Notes: generated from the letters alone by a model not told the origin. Shown: positions 1-8,377, counted from the stretch's first letter. The stretch is DNA of 64,000 nucleotides from Candidatus Xenobia bacterium (GCA_045863235.1 BTUM01000005.1:122912-186911), one strand, 5' to 3'. Made by a program: numbers and translations.

Positions 1-172
1 CCAGGGGAGGCAGGCTGGCGGCCGTCAGGGTGGCGCCCACTGCCGTCATCTGCTCGAAGGCCTTTCGGCAAGACGAGCAGATCGCCATGTGTCGCTCGAG
101 ATGGGTGGCCTCCTCGTCGGAGAGCTCGCCGTCGAGCCAGGCGGAGAGGTTTTCAGCGTTTTCGTGGCACAT
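1..172 (-). CDS. Anti-sigma factor, zinc-finger (ZAS) type; C-terminal part runs off the window edge
   Basis: Minus-strand ATG at 172..170 lies 1 nt after the sigma-factor stop. Translation MCHENAENLSAWLDGELSDEEATHLERHMAICSSCRKAFEQM carries the HxxxCxxC anti-sigma motif. Position immediately downstream of the ECF sigma gene supports the call. Not in the ORF track because no stop occurs inside the window. Confidence 0.6.
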   Translation of the reverse strand, partial: MCHENAENLSAWLDGELSDEEATHLERHMAICSSCRKAFEQMTAVGATLTAASLPPL

Positions 173-173
173 G

Positions 174-800
174 TCAGCGAGAGCTCCTTTCCTTGCGCGA
201 CAGCACGGCCAGTAATCTCTGGCGGGCGTGGAAGAGTCGCGAACGCACCGTTCCGAGCGGGATGTCGAGGCTGTCGGCGATCTCTTGATACGAGAGCTCG
301 AGCACCTCGCGCATCGTCAGCACCGCCCGGTCGTGGGGGGCGAGCTGCTCCAGGGCGGCCTGCACCTGGAGCCGGTCGTGCACCCGGTCGGCCATACCGT
401 CCTGGCTGGGGGCGAGGCTGGTGGGCAACTCGTCGAGCGACTCGAAGCGGTGTCCGCGCAGCTCCTGGCGACAGCGGTTGACCAGGATGCGGGAGAACCA
501 GCCCTTGAAGGCAGCCGGCTCGCGCAACTGGTCGATCTTCTGAAAGACAGTGAGATAGACTTCTTGCATGACGTCCTGGCAGCGCTCACGGTCGGCCAGG
601 ATGGAGTAGGCCAGACGGTAGGCCATGGCCTGGGTCTGGGCGATGAACGCCTCGAGCGCGGCGCCGTCGCCGCCCTTGAGCCGCTCGATGAGGACTTCGA
701 GCCTTTGGCCGCGTTGGCTCACCGCCGGGGCCGACTCGCTGGAGCCGCCCGCCGGCCAGGTGGCGGCCAGAGGGAATGGAAGGGCATATTCGTTCACCAT
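174..800 (-). CDS. ECF (sigma-24 / sigma-70 family) RNA polymerase sigma factor
   Basis: 208-aa ORF with sigma region 2 (QEVYLTVFQKIDQL...FKGWFSRILVNRC) and region 4 HTH (LELSYQEIADSLDIPLGTVRSRLFHARQRL). Operon-coupled to the anti-sigma gene. Confidence 0.85.
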   Translation of the reverse strand: MVNEYALPFPLAATWPAGGSSESAPAVSQRGQRLEVLIERLKGGDGAALEAFIAQTQAMAYRLAYSILADRERCQDVMQEVYLTVFQKIDQLREPAAFKGWFSRILVNRCRQELRGHRFESLDELPTSLAPSQDGMADRVHDRLQVQAALEQLAPHDRAVLTMREVLELSYQEIADSLDIPLGTVRSRLFHARQRLLAVLSRKERSSR

Positions 801-900
801 GGTTCTCCCCGCACTTGGGATTCACCCATGAGAGGGTCGCCCGGGCGGAAAAGTTCAATCGACCGCCCGAAAATTTTTCTTGCCGCATTCTGGTAGGGCA

Positions 901-929
901 TTGACTGCCTTACCCTGCTGAGGTAGTCT
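901..929 (+). promoter_or_regulatory. Candidate sigma70-type promoter TTGACT-N17-TAGTCT for the RHH/MazF operon
   Basis: TTGACT at 901-906, a 17-nt spacer, TAGTCT at 924-929. The ATG at 936 lies about 7 nt downstream, which implies a leaderless mRNA. Confidence 0.35.
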
Positions 930-935
930 GGAGCC

Positions 936-1178
936 ATGGCAACCGTCAAGGTCAGTCTCTCCCTCGATGAGGGCGTGGTCGAGCTGCTGCGGGCCAGCGC
1001 GGCCCGTGAGGGGAAGCCCTTGAGCCGCTACCTGGCCGATCTCGTGAGGGCCGATGAGCGCCGACGACAGGACCTGCTTGCAGCCCAGGGTTACCAGGAG
1101 CTGGCCGCTCCGAGCCTGGAGTTCGCCGAGGGCGCCCAGAAACTGGCGGCCGAAGTGTGGCCGCCGCTGGAGGAATGA
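936..1178 (+). CDS. Ribbon-helix-helix (CopG/MazE-like) antitoxin
   Basis: 80-aa ORF starting MATVKVSLSLDEGVVELLRASAAREGKPLSRYLADLV, a typical RHH fold. Its stop overlaps the toxin start in an ATGA arrangement. Confidence 0.7.
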   Translation: MATVKVSLSLDEGVVELLRASAAREGKPLSRYLADLVRADERRRQDLLAAQGYQELAAPSLEFAEGAQKLAAEVWPPLEE

Positions 1179-1528
1179 GCCAGACAGTCAGACGGGGCGA
1201 GGTTTACTGGCTCGACTGGGAGCCCGCGCGGGGAGTGGAGCAGCGCGGGCGTCGGCCTGGCCTTGTCGTGCAAAACGATCTGGGCAACCAGCACTCCCCG
1301 GCGACCGTCGTGGCGGCGATCAGCAGCGCTCCGGTCAAGGCCCGTTACCCGTTTGTGGTGTTTCTCGAGCCAGGCGAAGGGGGACTTCCCAAAGCCAGCT
1401 TTGTCAACTGCTCACAGCTCCTGACGATCGACAAGAAGCGACTCGTGCAGAAAGTTGGAGTCCTCGATCCCGACCGCATGGCAGAGGTGGGGAATGCACT
1501 CCTTTACCAGCTTGCTTTGCAGCCCTGA
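1175..1528 (+). CDS. mazF: MazF/PemK-family endoribonuclease toxin
   Basis: MSQTVRRGEVYWLDWEPARGVEQRGRRPGLVVQNDLGN matches the PemK/MazF signature. There is a 4-bp overlap with the antitoxin. Start taken at the internal ATG 1175; the track ORF begins at 1157. Confidence 0.8.
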   Translation: MSQTVRRGEVYWLDWEPARGVEQRGRRPGLVVQNDLGNQHSPATVVAAISSAPVKARYPFVVFLEPGEGGLPKASFVNCSQLLTIDKKRLVQKVGVLDPDRMAEVGNALLYQLALQP

Positions 1529-1827
1529 GGCGCTCGCCAGGCAGGATCCTCCAGCGGCTGCCAGAGCAGGCTGCGAAAGTGCACCACCCGGTCGCGCTCG
1601 ACCTCGACCCCTTCGGCGCGCAGCCTCTGCTCCATCTCCAGCGGTCCTCCCGTGAAGACGTGGCGAGCGCTCAGCTCCCCATCCCGGTTGACCACCCGGT
1701 GGGCGGGCACCCCCGAGGGCGCGCAGGCCAGGGCCCAGCCCACCTGGCGGGCGCCGCGCGGCCAGCCCAGAGCCTCGGCGATGGCTCCGTAGGTGGAGAC
1801 CCGCCCGCGAGGGATCTGGCCGACCAC
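1504..1827 (-). CDS. MGMT-family DNA-binding domain protein (alkyltransferase-like; active-site Cys replaced: PAHRV)
   Basis: VGQIPRGRVSTYGAIAEALGWPRGARQVGWALACAPSGVPAHRVVNRDGEL is an O6-alkylguanine transferase C-terminal HTH domain with the PCHRV Cys replaced by Ala. The first in-frame start is a GTG. The in-frame upstream sequence (EQVWAVV) continues without a start codon into the SulP 3' end, so the N-terminus is truncated or uses a non-canonical start. Confidence 0.55.
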   Translation of the reverse strand: MVGQIPRGRVSTYGAIAEALGWPRGARQVGWALACAPSGVPAHRVVNRDGELSARHVFTGGPLEMEQRLRAEGVEVERDRVVHFRSLLWQPLEDPAWRAPQGCKASW

Positions 1828-1850
1828 CGCCCAGACCTGCTCGCGGGCGG

Positions 1851-3995
1851 TCAGTCGAACCCTTCCAGGGCCCGGCGGTCGGCGTTGGCGGCCCTCAGAC
1901 GGAAGGAGAGCTCCTTGCTCAGGTTCCAGAGCAACCGCATGGCCAGGCGGGGATGCTCCTCCATCAGCTTCTCCAGCGCCGCGCGGTCGAGCCGATAGAG
2001 GTGGGCGTCGGTCTCGGCCAGCACGTCGGCCGAGCGCGGACGGGCCTCGAGCAGGGCCATCTCTCCGAAACTGGCGCCCGGTCCGTAGCTGAACAGGCGT
2101 CGCTCGCCCTGACGGATGGTGGCGTGCCCTCGCATCAGCACGTAGACCGAGTCCCCCGGCTCGCCCTGGCGCACGATCATCTCGCCGGCCGGGACGTCCA
2201 CGTGGGCGATGCTCCGCTCCAGGATGGCCACCTCTTCGTCGCTCAGTCCGGTGCTGAGCTCCATCTCGTTGAGGGGCAGGTTGGGGTGCTCGGAGTCGAT
2301 GTTGGCTTCCGCGAGCAGCAGGTTCTCAGCCCACTCCAGGGCGTGGTCGACGTCCGGGAAGAGGTAGTCCGGGGTGAACAGCTGCAAGACGTCCATGTCC
2401 CTGAGGAAGCCGGCCATGGGCTCGCGCAGCGAAGCCAGGGCCAGCTTGCAGCCGCAGTCTTGCAGGGTCTCCTGGATGAGCTGCAGCACCCGCGCCCCCG
2501 AGCTGTCGATCTCGCTGATCTGGCGCAGATCCAGGATCACCAGGCGCGAGCTCTGCCGGATCTCCTGCACGGTGGTGGCCAGGTGGTCGGCCGAGCCGAA
2601 GAAGAGAGGCCCGGTCAGCTCGAGCACCAGGATCTGGGTGCCGAGCTTCTCCAGGGCCAGGTCCTCCTCGGGCAGGCGCGAGCGGCGCGAGCGCACCTGG
2701 TCGCCGCGATAGTGGCGACGGATGACCGAGCGTCCCATCTTGCGGATGAACAGCGCACCGGCCAGCAGCATTCCCACCCCGACCGCCAGGATGAGGTCCA
2801 CCATCACGGTGATGGCGGTCACCAGCAGCACGACCGCCAGGTCCAGGACGATGGCGCGCTTTTGCTCGGCCGTGCCGGCCACTTTCCAGACCAGCACGCG
2901 GCTGCGCTGGTCGATCATCCCAATGGCCGTGACCAGCAGGATGCCCGCCAGCACGACCTGTGGAATGCCGCCCGCCACGGGCCCCAGCGCCACGACGATG
3001 AGCAGCAGCACCAGGCCGTGAATCACTCCCGACAGGCGGCCCCGGCCCCCGGCGTTGAGGTTGACCAGGGTGCGCACGGTGGCGCCGGCTCCGGCCAGCC
3101 CCCCGAAGCAGCCGGATACCACGTTGCCGATGCCCTGCCCGATCAGCTCGCGCCGGCTGTCGTGTCGGGTGCGGGTCACCGTGTCGGCCACCACCGAGGT
3201 GAGCAGGGAGTCGATGGCTCCCAACAGGCCCAGGGTGAGGGCATTCTCAAGAATCAGGGGCAACAGCTCGAGCACCGCGGCCGACCCGGCCATCTGAATG
3301 AAGACGGGCACATAGCGCGGCTGGGGCACGGCCGAGGGGATCTGCCCGATGACCGGGCCCAGGGGAGTCTCGCTGGACAGGGCGCGAAAGAGGTAGTAGG
3401 CCGCGGTGCCCAGCAAGAGTCCGAGCAGCGAGGCCGGGATCTGTCGGATCAGGCGCGGCCCGAGAAAGATGATGACCACGGTCAGGATGCCGACGAGCAG
3501 GGTAGCCGGCTGCCAGTCATTCAGGGGGGTTTGAGGCGTGAGCCCGAGCAGGGGGCGCAATTGGCCCAGGAAGATGATCACCGCGATGCCATTCATGAAG
3601 CCGGCGATCACGGGGTAGGGGATGTACTTGATCAGCCGTCCGAAGCCCAGCAACCCCAGCACAATCTGCAGAGCCCCACCCAGCAACACGCACAGGAAGG
3701 CCAGCCCGAGCACGAGCTCGGGCTGGCCGGGGAGCGACTCCAGCATGTGCGCGATGACGCCCGTGAGGACCACCGTCATCGGTCCGGTGGGCCCCGTGAC
3801 CTGGCCCGGCGTACCCCCGAACAGAGCTGCGAAGATGCCGGTAAAGATCGCTCCGTATAGCCCTGCCAGCGCCCCCGTGGAGACGTACTCCGGCCCCAGC
3901 GGCGCCAGAGTGGCCACGCCGAAGGCCAGGGCCAGCGGCAGGGCGATGATGGCAGCGGTCAGGCCACCAAACAGCTCGCCTCTTGAGAATCTCAT
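1851..3995 (-). CDS. SulP-family anion transporter fused to STAS and cyclic-nucleotide-binding (cNMP) domains
   Basis: 714 aa. N-terminal Sulfate_transp signature (TGPTGPMTVV..., multiple TM segments), a central STAS domain, and a C-terminal CAP-family cNMP-binding domain (GEMIVRQGEPGDSVYVLMRGHATI...FGEMALL). Confidence 0.9.
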   Translation of the reverse strand: MRFSRGELFGGLTAAIIALPLALAFGVATLAPLGPEYVSTGALAGLYGAIFTGIFAALFGGTPGQVTGPTGPMTVVLTGVIAHMLESLPGQPELVLGLAFLCVLLGGALQIVLGLLGFGRLIKYIPYPVIAGFMNGIAVIIFLGQLRPLLGLTPQTPLNDWQPATLLVGILTVVIIFLGPRLIRQIPASLLGLLLGTAAYYLFRALSSETPLGPVIGQIPSAVPQPRYVPVFIQMAGSAAVLELLPLILENALTLGLLGAIDSLLTSVVADTVTRTRHDSRRELIGQGIGNVVSGCFGGLAGAGATVRTLVNLNAGGRGRLSGVIHGLVLLLIVVALGPVAGGIPQVVLAGILLVTAIGMIDQRSRVLVWKVAGTAEQKRAIVLDLAVVLLVTAITVMVDLILAVGVGMLLAGALFIRKMGRSVIRRHYRGDQVRSRRSRLPEEDLALEKLGTQILVLELTGPLFFGSADHLATTVQEIRQSSRLVILDLRQISEIDSSGARVLQLIQETLQDCGCKLALASLREPMAGFLRDMDVLQLFTPDYLFPDVDHALEWAENLLLAEANIDSEHPNLPLNEMELSTGLSDEEVAILERSIAHVDVPAGEMIVRQGEPGDSVYVLMRGHATIRQGERRLFSYGPGASFGEMALLEARPRSADVLAETDAHLYRLDRAALEKLMEEHPRLAMRLLWNLSKELSFRLRAANADRRALEGFD

Positions 3996-4035
3996 CCCTA
4001 TGGCCTTCGCGCCGGAGGGGCGATTCCTGTCTTGC

Positions 4036-5718
4036 TCAGCCCGAAGCCACTCGGGCGCGGGAGTCGGCCGCGGGCAAGAACGATGCCTGCTCGGCGCGAT
4101 AGATGACCCGTCCTTCCTTGACGGTCCCCAGCACCTGGATCTCCTTGATGCTCATCGGCTCGACCTCGAGCGGGTTGGCGCTCAGGATGGTCAGGTCGGC
4201 CAGCTTACCCACCTCGAGCGAGCCCTTGGAGTCCTCCTCGCCGTGCTGGTGGGCGCCCTCGATGGTGATCGCGCGCAGGGCCTGCAAGGGGGTCACCCGC
4301 TCCTGCGGGCCGATCTCCAGCCCCGAGCGGGCGATGCGGTTGACCGCCGTCCACATGGTCATGAGCTGGTCGATGGGCAGCACGCTGAAGTCGGTGTGGT
4401 TGGTACAGTGCAGCCCCAGGCTGAGGGCCGTCCTCATCGGGCTGCAGGGGTGGGTGCGCTCGGGGCCGAGATTCTTCAGGTGGGTGTCGGCGAAGAAGAA
4501 CGTGTGCTCGGTGTAAAAGCTCACGTTGATCTGATACTTCGCGCACTTTTCTAACTGGTCCGGCCGCGCGAACTGGGCGTGGATGATGGTGGTGCCGAGC
4601 TTGTCGCCCTTGCGGTCCCCGGCTGCCTTCTCGTGGGCTGCCAGCAGCATGTCCAGGCCAGCGTCGCCATTGCAGTGAATGCTGAGGGGGAGCCCGAGAC
4701 GGTAGGCCTGGTCGAACATGGCCTGGAAGGTCTCGAGCGGGAACATGGGCTCGCCCCGCCAGGGGCTTTCCCCGTTGGGCCCGGGCAAGAGATAGGGCTG
4801 CGTGAAGAAAGCCGTGCGCGACATCGGCACCCCATCGGCGAAAGTCTTGACTCCGCGCAGCTTGAGCCGGTTCTGGTAACGGCCGAAGGTCTCGACGGGA
4901 TGCTCCTTGAGCACCTCCTCGAGCTCGGTGACCAGGATATTGGAGACCACATCCAGGTAGAGGCGGCCCTGGGCGGCGCCTTTGACCAGCAGGGCCAGAT
5001 CAGGGGCGCTGGTGGCTCCCTCCACGGCGGTGGTGATGCCGGCGCTGGCATAGATGGCCTGAGCCGCCTGCATCCGCTCGAGCAGCTCCTCGGGGCCGGG
5101 CTTGGGAATGCGAGGGAAGATGGGCAGGAAGGCGGTTTCCTGGATGAGCCCGGCGGGCTCGTTGCTGCCCGGCTTGCGGGCGATGATGCCGCCGGGGGGC
5201 GTGGGCGTGTCGGCGTTGATGCCGAAGAAGGCCAGGGCGGCCGAGTTGAAGACCCCACCGTGGTTGGAGACGTGGATGATCAGCACGGGGTTGTCGGGGG
5301 AATGCGGATCAAGGTCATCTTTCGTCAGCTCGCGACCGTCCTCGAGCATGTTGCCGTCGTAGCCGTAGCCGATGATCCACTCGCCGGGAGCGGGCTTGAG
5401 CCGCTTCTTGTGCTCCTCGAGCACGGCCAGGATGTCCTTGATGCTCCTGACCGGTCCCACCGGAGGGGCGGAGTAGTTCGACCAGGTCACGATCTGCAAG
5501 GCGTTCATGAAGTGGCTGTGGCCGTCCACGAAGCCGGGCACCATAGTGTGGCCTTTCAGGTCCACCATGATCGTTTCGGGTCCCTGGAGCTTGAGGACCT
5601 CCTGGCTCGAGCCGATGGCAAGAATCTTGCCGTCCTTGACGGCCAGGGCCTCGGCCTCGGGCTGGCTCTCGGCCACCGTGATGATGGTTCCGTTGGTGTA
5701 GATCTGGTCAGCGCTCAT
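4036..5718 (-). CDS. Amidohydrolase-family (Amidohydro_3) metal-dependent hydrolase
   Basis: 560 aa. N-terminal VDGHSHF metal-binding motif. TIM-barrel amidohydrolase length and conserved His/Asp positions (HCNGDAG, HTDF). Confidence 0.85.
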   Translation of the reverse strand: MSADQIYTNGTIITVAESQPEAEALAVKDGKILAIGSSQEVLKLQGPETIMVDLKGHTMVPGFVDGHSHFMNALQIVTWSNYSAPPVGPVRSIKDILAVLEEHKKRLKPAPGEWIIGYGYDGNMLEDGRELTKDDLDPHSPDNPVLIIHVSNHGGVFNSAALAFFGINADTPTPPGGIIARKPGSNEPAGLIQETAFLPIFPRIPKPGPEELLERMQAAQAIYASAGITTAVEGATSAPDLALLVKGAAQGRLYLDVVSNILVTELEEVLKEHPVETFGRYQNRLKLRGVKTFADGVPMSRTAFFTQPYLLPGPNGESPWRGEPMFPLETFQAMFDQAYRLGLPLSIHCNGDAGLDMLLAAHEKAAGDRKGDKLGTTIIHAQFARPDQLEKCAKYQINVSFYTEHTFFFADTHLKNLGPERTHPCSPMRTALSLGLHCTNHTDFSVLPIDQLMTMWTAVNRIARSGLEIGPQERVTPLQALRAITIEGAHQHGEEDSKGSLEVGKLADLTILSANPLEVEPMSIKEIQVLGTVKEGRVIYRAEQASFLPAADSRARVASG

Positions 5719-5791
5719 AGGCCAGGAAGGTCCTTTCAGGAGGGGGTGGAGGCTCCTTCTGTCCCGGGTAGCTGCGACCTTCCCCTGGCAA

Positions 5792-7627
5792 ATGATTGCG
5801 CTGCAGCGGAGGAGCCGGCAACCTGCGAGGGAACGTTCGGGTCATATCCGGAAAGGAGATCCTCCCCTCCCTGTGAGACGACGACTCATCGTGTTCTTCC
5901 TGGCCGCATGCCTGGTAGGCTGTGGCGGCGACACTGTGCCCCTCTCCCCGGCCCCCCTGCCTCCCGTCGATTTCGACCCGATCTCCGATCGAGCTCTGGC
6001 CAACGTGGCCTCAGCCAACGGCCTCACGGTGGCGGTCGGCTCCAACGGGCTGTTGCTCACCTCCAGCGACGGCCGAACGTTTACCCCGCGCAACTCCTCG
6101 GTGGGGGTGAACCTGCGAGGCGCGGCCTTCGGCGATGGGGTCTGGATCGCCGTGGGCGATGCCAGCACGATCGTTCGCTCGGCGGATGGCGGCGTAACCT
6201 GGACCCGGGTCAGCGTCCCGGTGTCCGGCTCGGCTTTTCGCGCCGCCACGTTCGGGCAGGGGCTCTTTCTGGTGGGAGGTTCGGGGGGTGTGATCCTGAC
6301 CTCGCCCGACGGCGTCACCTGGACCCAGGCCGTGAGCGGTACGGGCAACATCCTCTGGGGAGCCACCTTCGCGCGTGGTCTGTTTGTGGTCAGCGGTCAG
6401 TTTGGGACCCTGTTGACCAGTCCGGACGGTCGGGCCTGGACCGCTCGGCCCTCGGGGGTGAACAGCTTCCTGTGGCAGGTGATCGAAGGGCCGCCAGGGT
6501 TCGTGGCCGTGGGCGATCAGGGGGCCATCACCTTCTCACCGGATGGGATCAACTGGACGGCTCAGGCCTCACCAACGGGCGAGGTGCTGCGAGGCGTGAC
6601 CTTCGGCCGGGGGGGATTCGTGGCCGCCGGCAGCCAGGGGACCTTGCTCGGGTCCGATGACGGTCGAGCCTTTCGCCTGCTGGACTCCCCGGTGGCCGAC
6701 GTCCTCCGGGGCGTGACCTTTGCCGATGGCACCACCTATGTAGCCGTCGGAGACGAGGGTACCATCTTGCTGTCTTATGATGGCCGGGACTTCTTCATCG
6801 ACCAGACGGCCGACCCCGAGGAACTCTGGGCCACCACCTTCGCCAACGGCATCTTCCTGGCCGGCGGGGGAGAGGGGAGGCTGCTCGTCTCGAGCGACGG
6901 CCAGAGCTGGCGCCGGATCGAGTCGGGCACGGCCGAGAACCTCTATGCGGCTGCCTTCGGAAACGGGCGTTTCGTAATGGTCGGCTCGCGGGGAGCCATT
7001 CTGACCTCGACCGATGCCCTCACCTGGACGGCCGTGCCCTCTCCGACGGACCAGAATCTCTACGGCCTGGCCTTTCTGAACGGCCTGTTCCTGGCCGGCG
7101 GCCTGGAAGGTACCCTTCTGACCAGCCCCGATGGCCTGACCTGGACTTCGGTGGCGGTTCCCTCGGTCCACGCCCTGCACGGCTTTGCCTTCGGGAACGG
7201 GGTATTCGTGGAGGGCGGAGCGGGCAGCCTGTTGACCTCGCCCGATGCGGTGACCTGGACCGTCAATGCCGTGGGGATCGGGCACTTTCAGACCGCGGCC
7301 GCCTTCGGCAACGGGGTCTTCGCGGTGCCGGGCCACGTGGGCCGGGTGCTGGTCAGCGCCGATGGAGTCAACTGGAGCCTGGTGCTGGCCCCCACCCAGG
7401 CCAACCTGAACGCGGCCCTCTTTGCCGGGGGCCAGTTCCTTTTGGGCGCCCAGGGCGCGGTGCTGACCTCGAGCGATGCCAGTAGCTGGGCTCTCCACGC
7501 TGTGCCGACCGACCAGAACGTGCGCGGGCTGGCTTTCGGCAACGGTCGTTACGTGGCCGTGGGGGGAGGGGAGGCTCTGCTCTTCTCGGTGGACGGGGTC
7601 CGCTGGGAGGCCGGGATCATCGAGTGA
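5792..7627 (+). CDS. BNR/Asp-box repeat beta-propeller lipoprotein (hypothetical)
   Basis: About 14 tandem ~40-aa repeats with an S-x-DG-x-TW core (SSDGRTFT, ADGGVTWT, SPDGVTWT, SPDGRAWT, ...). Lipoprotein signal FFLAACLVGCGG. An alternative GTG start at 5873 sits directly before the signal peptide. Confidence 0.8.
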   Translation: MIALQRRSRQPARERSGHIRKGDPPLPVRRRLIVFFLAACLVGCGGDTVPLSPAPLPPVDFDPISDRALANVASANGLTVAVGSNGLLLTSSDGRTFTPRNSSVGVNLRGAAFGDGVWIAVGDASTIVRSADGGVTWTRVSVPVSGSAFRAATFGQGLFLVGGSGGVILTSPDGVTWTQAVSGTGNILWGATFARGLFVVSGQFGTLLTSPDGRAWTARPSGVNSFLWQVIEGPPGFVAVGDQGAITFSPDGINWTAQASPTGEVLRGVTFGRGGFVAAGSQGTLLGSDDGRAFRLLDSPVADVLRGVTFADGTTYVAVGDEGTILLSYDGRDFFIDQTADPEELWATTFANGIFLAGGGEGRLLVSSDGQSWRRIESGTAENLYAAAFGNGRFVMVGSRGAILTSTDALTWTAVPSPTDQNLYGLAFLNGLFLAGGLEGTLLTSPDGLTWTSVAVPSVHALHGFAFGNGVFVEGGAGSLLTSPDAVTWTVNAVGIGHFQTAAAFGNGVFAVPGHVGRVLVSADGVNWSLVLAPTQANLNAALFAGGQFLLGAQGAVLTSSDASSWALHAVPTDQNVRGLAFGNGRYVAVGGGEALLFSVDGVRWEAGIIE

Positions 7628-7630
7628 CCG

Positions 7631-7658
7631 GGCGAGAGGGCCCTTCGGCCCTCTCGCC
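7631..7658. terminator. Perfect 12-bp stem / 4-nt loop hairpin between the propeller gene and the tRNA cluster (candidate bidirectional terminator)
   Basis: GGCGAGAGGGCC-CTTC-GGCCCTCTCGCC. It lies 3 nt after the stop at 7627 and 9 nt below the tRNA-Leu 3' end. There is no U-tract. Confidence 0.45.
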
Positions 7659-7666
7659 CGTGGAAG

Positions 7667-7751
7667 TGGTATCCGGAGCCGGACTTGAACCGGCACGCCG
7701 CGAGGGCGCCAGCTTCTCGAGCTGACGTGTCTTCCATTCCACCATCCGGAC
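7667..7751 (-). tRNA. tRNA-Leu (anticodon GAG), type II with long variable arm
   Basis: Hand-folded: acceptor GTCCGGA/TCCGGAT with G1-U72, 3-bp D-stem, anticodon stem TCAGC/GCTGG, loop TCGAGAA, 14-nt variable arm, T-arm GCCGG-TTCAAGT-CCGGC, discriminator A, encoded CCA. C at position 33 is unusual. Confidence 0.7.
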
Positions 7752-7768
7752 AAGAGCGGTCGACAGAT

Positions 7769-7845
7769 TGGCGACCCTGGCGAGACTTGAACTCGCTACC
7801 CCCGGCTTCGTAGACCGGTGCTCTGATCCATTGAGCTACAGGGTC
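7769..7845 (-). tRNA. tRNA-Arg (anticodon ACG)
   Basis: Hand-folded 77 nt: acceptor GACCCTG/CAGGGTC, D-arm GCTCAATGGATCAGAGC, anticodon loop CTACGAA, T-arm AGCGAGTTCAAGTCTCGCC, encoded CCA. Confidence 0.85.
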
Positions 7846-7851
7846 ATTGAC

Positions 7852-7927
7852 TGGCAGACGCGGATGGCCTCGAACCACCGACCTTTGCGTTCAGAGCGCA
7901 ACGTTCTTCCTGCTGAACTACGCGTCT
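7852..7927 (-). tRNA. tRNA-Gln (anticodon CTG)
   Basis: Hand-folded 76 nt: acceptor AGACGCG/CGCGTCT, anticodon stem TTGCG/CGCAA with loop CTCTGAA, T-loop TTCGAGG, discriminator G, encoded CCA. Confidence 0.85.
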
Positions 7928-7962
7928 ATATATTCCTATTTATTGTTGAATAGGAATAAAAA

Positions 7963-8039
7963 TGGTAGGCTCGGAGAGATTCGAACTCTCAAGCACCTGC
8001 TTCTGAAACAGGTCTGTCTTCCAATTGCAGCACGAGCCC
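7963..8039 (-). tRNA. tRNA-like gene, class I fold, predicted anticodon CAG (identity uncertain; possibly atypical or pseudo-tRNA)
   Basis: Acceptor GGGCTCG/CGAGCCT (G1-U72), 3-bp D-stem, anticodon stem CCTGT/GCAGG with loop TTCAGAA, short variable loop, T-arm GAGAG-TTCGAAT-CTCTC, discriminator A, encoded CCA. A CAG anticodon with a short variable arm is non-canonical for bacterial tRNA-Leu. Confidence 0.5.
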
Positions 8040-8377
8040 GGGTGGAGTTCCTGGCTGACTCTCTAAGGAACGCGATTCAGGGCTGAAAAGTAGAAACCAC
8101 CGGAGTGAGCTCGCGGTGGGTGGGGGAGAGGCCGGTCCTGGAAGCTGGACTAGGCGCTCGTGCCACCCCCGCGGCGGCGAAGCAGAAGGCCCTGGCGTTG
8201 ACGAAGCTGCGGTCGTAGCATGATGATGGCCTCCTGTCTTTGTGTGGTCGCTCGGTTGGAGCTGACCCGGTCATTATAGGCGAGTCAGGGCGGTGGCGTC
8301 AACCCTTAAATAGGAAAAATTAGAAATTTTGACAGCAAGCTATGGTAGATTTCCGAAGAATCTGTCTTCCAGTATTG

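Noticed and set aside
1953-3860. 635-aa ORF on the plus strand
   Set aside because: Antisense of the SulP transporter gene. His/Gln/Arg/Gly/Asp-rich low complexity, no TM or domain pattern.
4579-6660. 693-aa ORF on the plus strand
   Set aside because: Runs antisense through the amidohydrolase gene and out of frame through the BNR lipoprotein gene. Gly/Arg-rich with no coherent domain.
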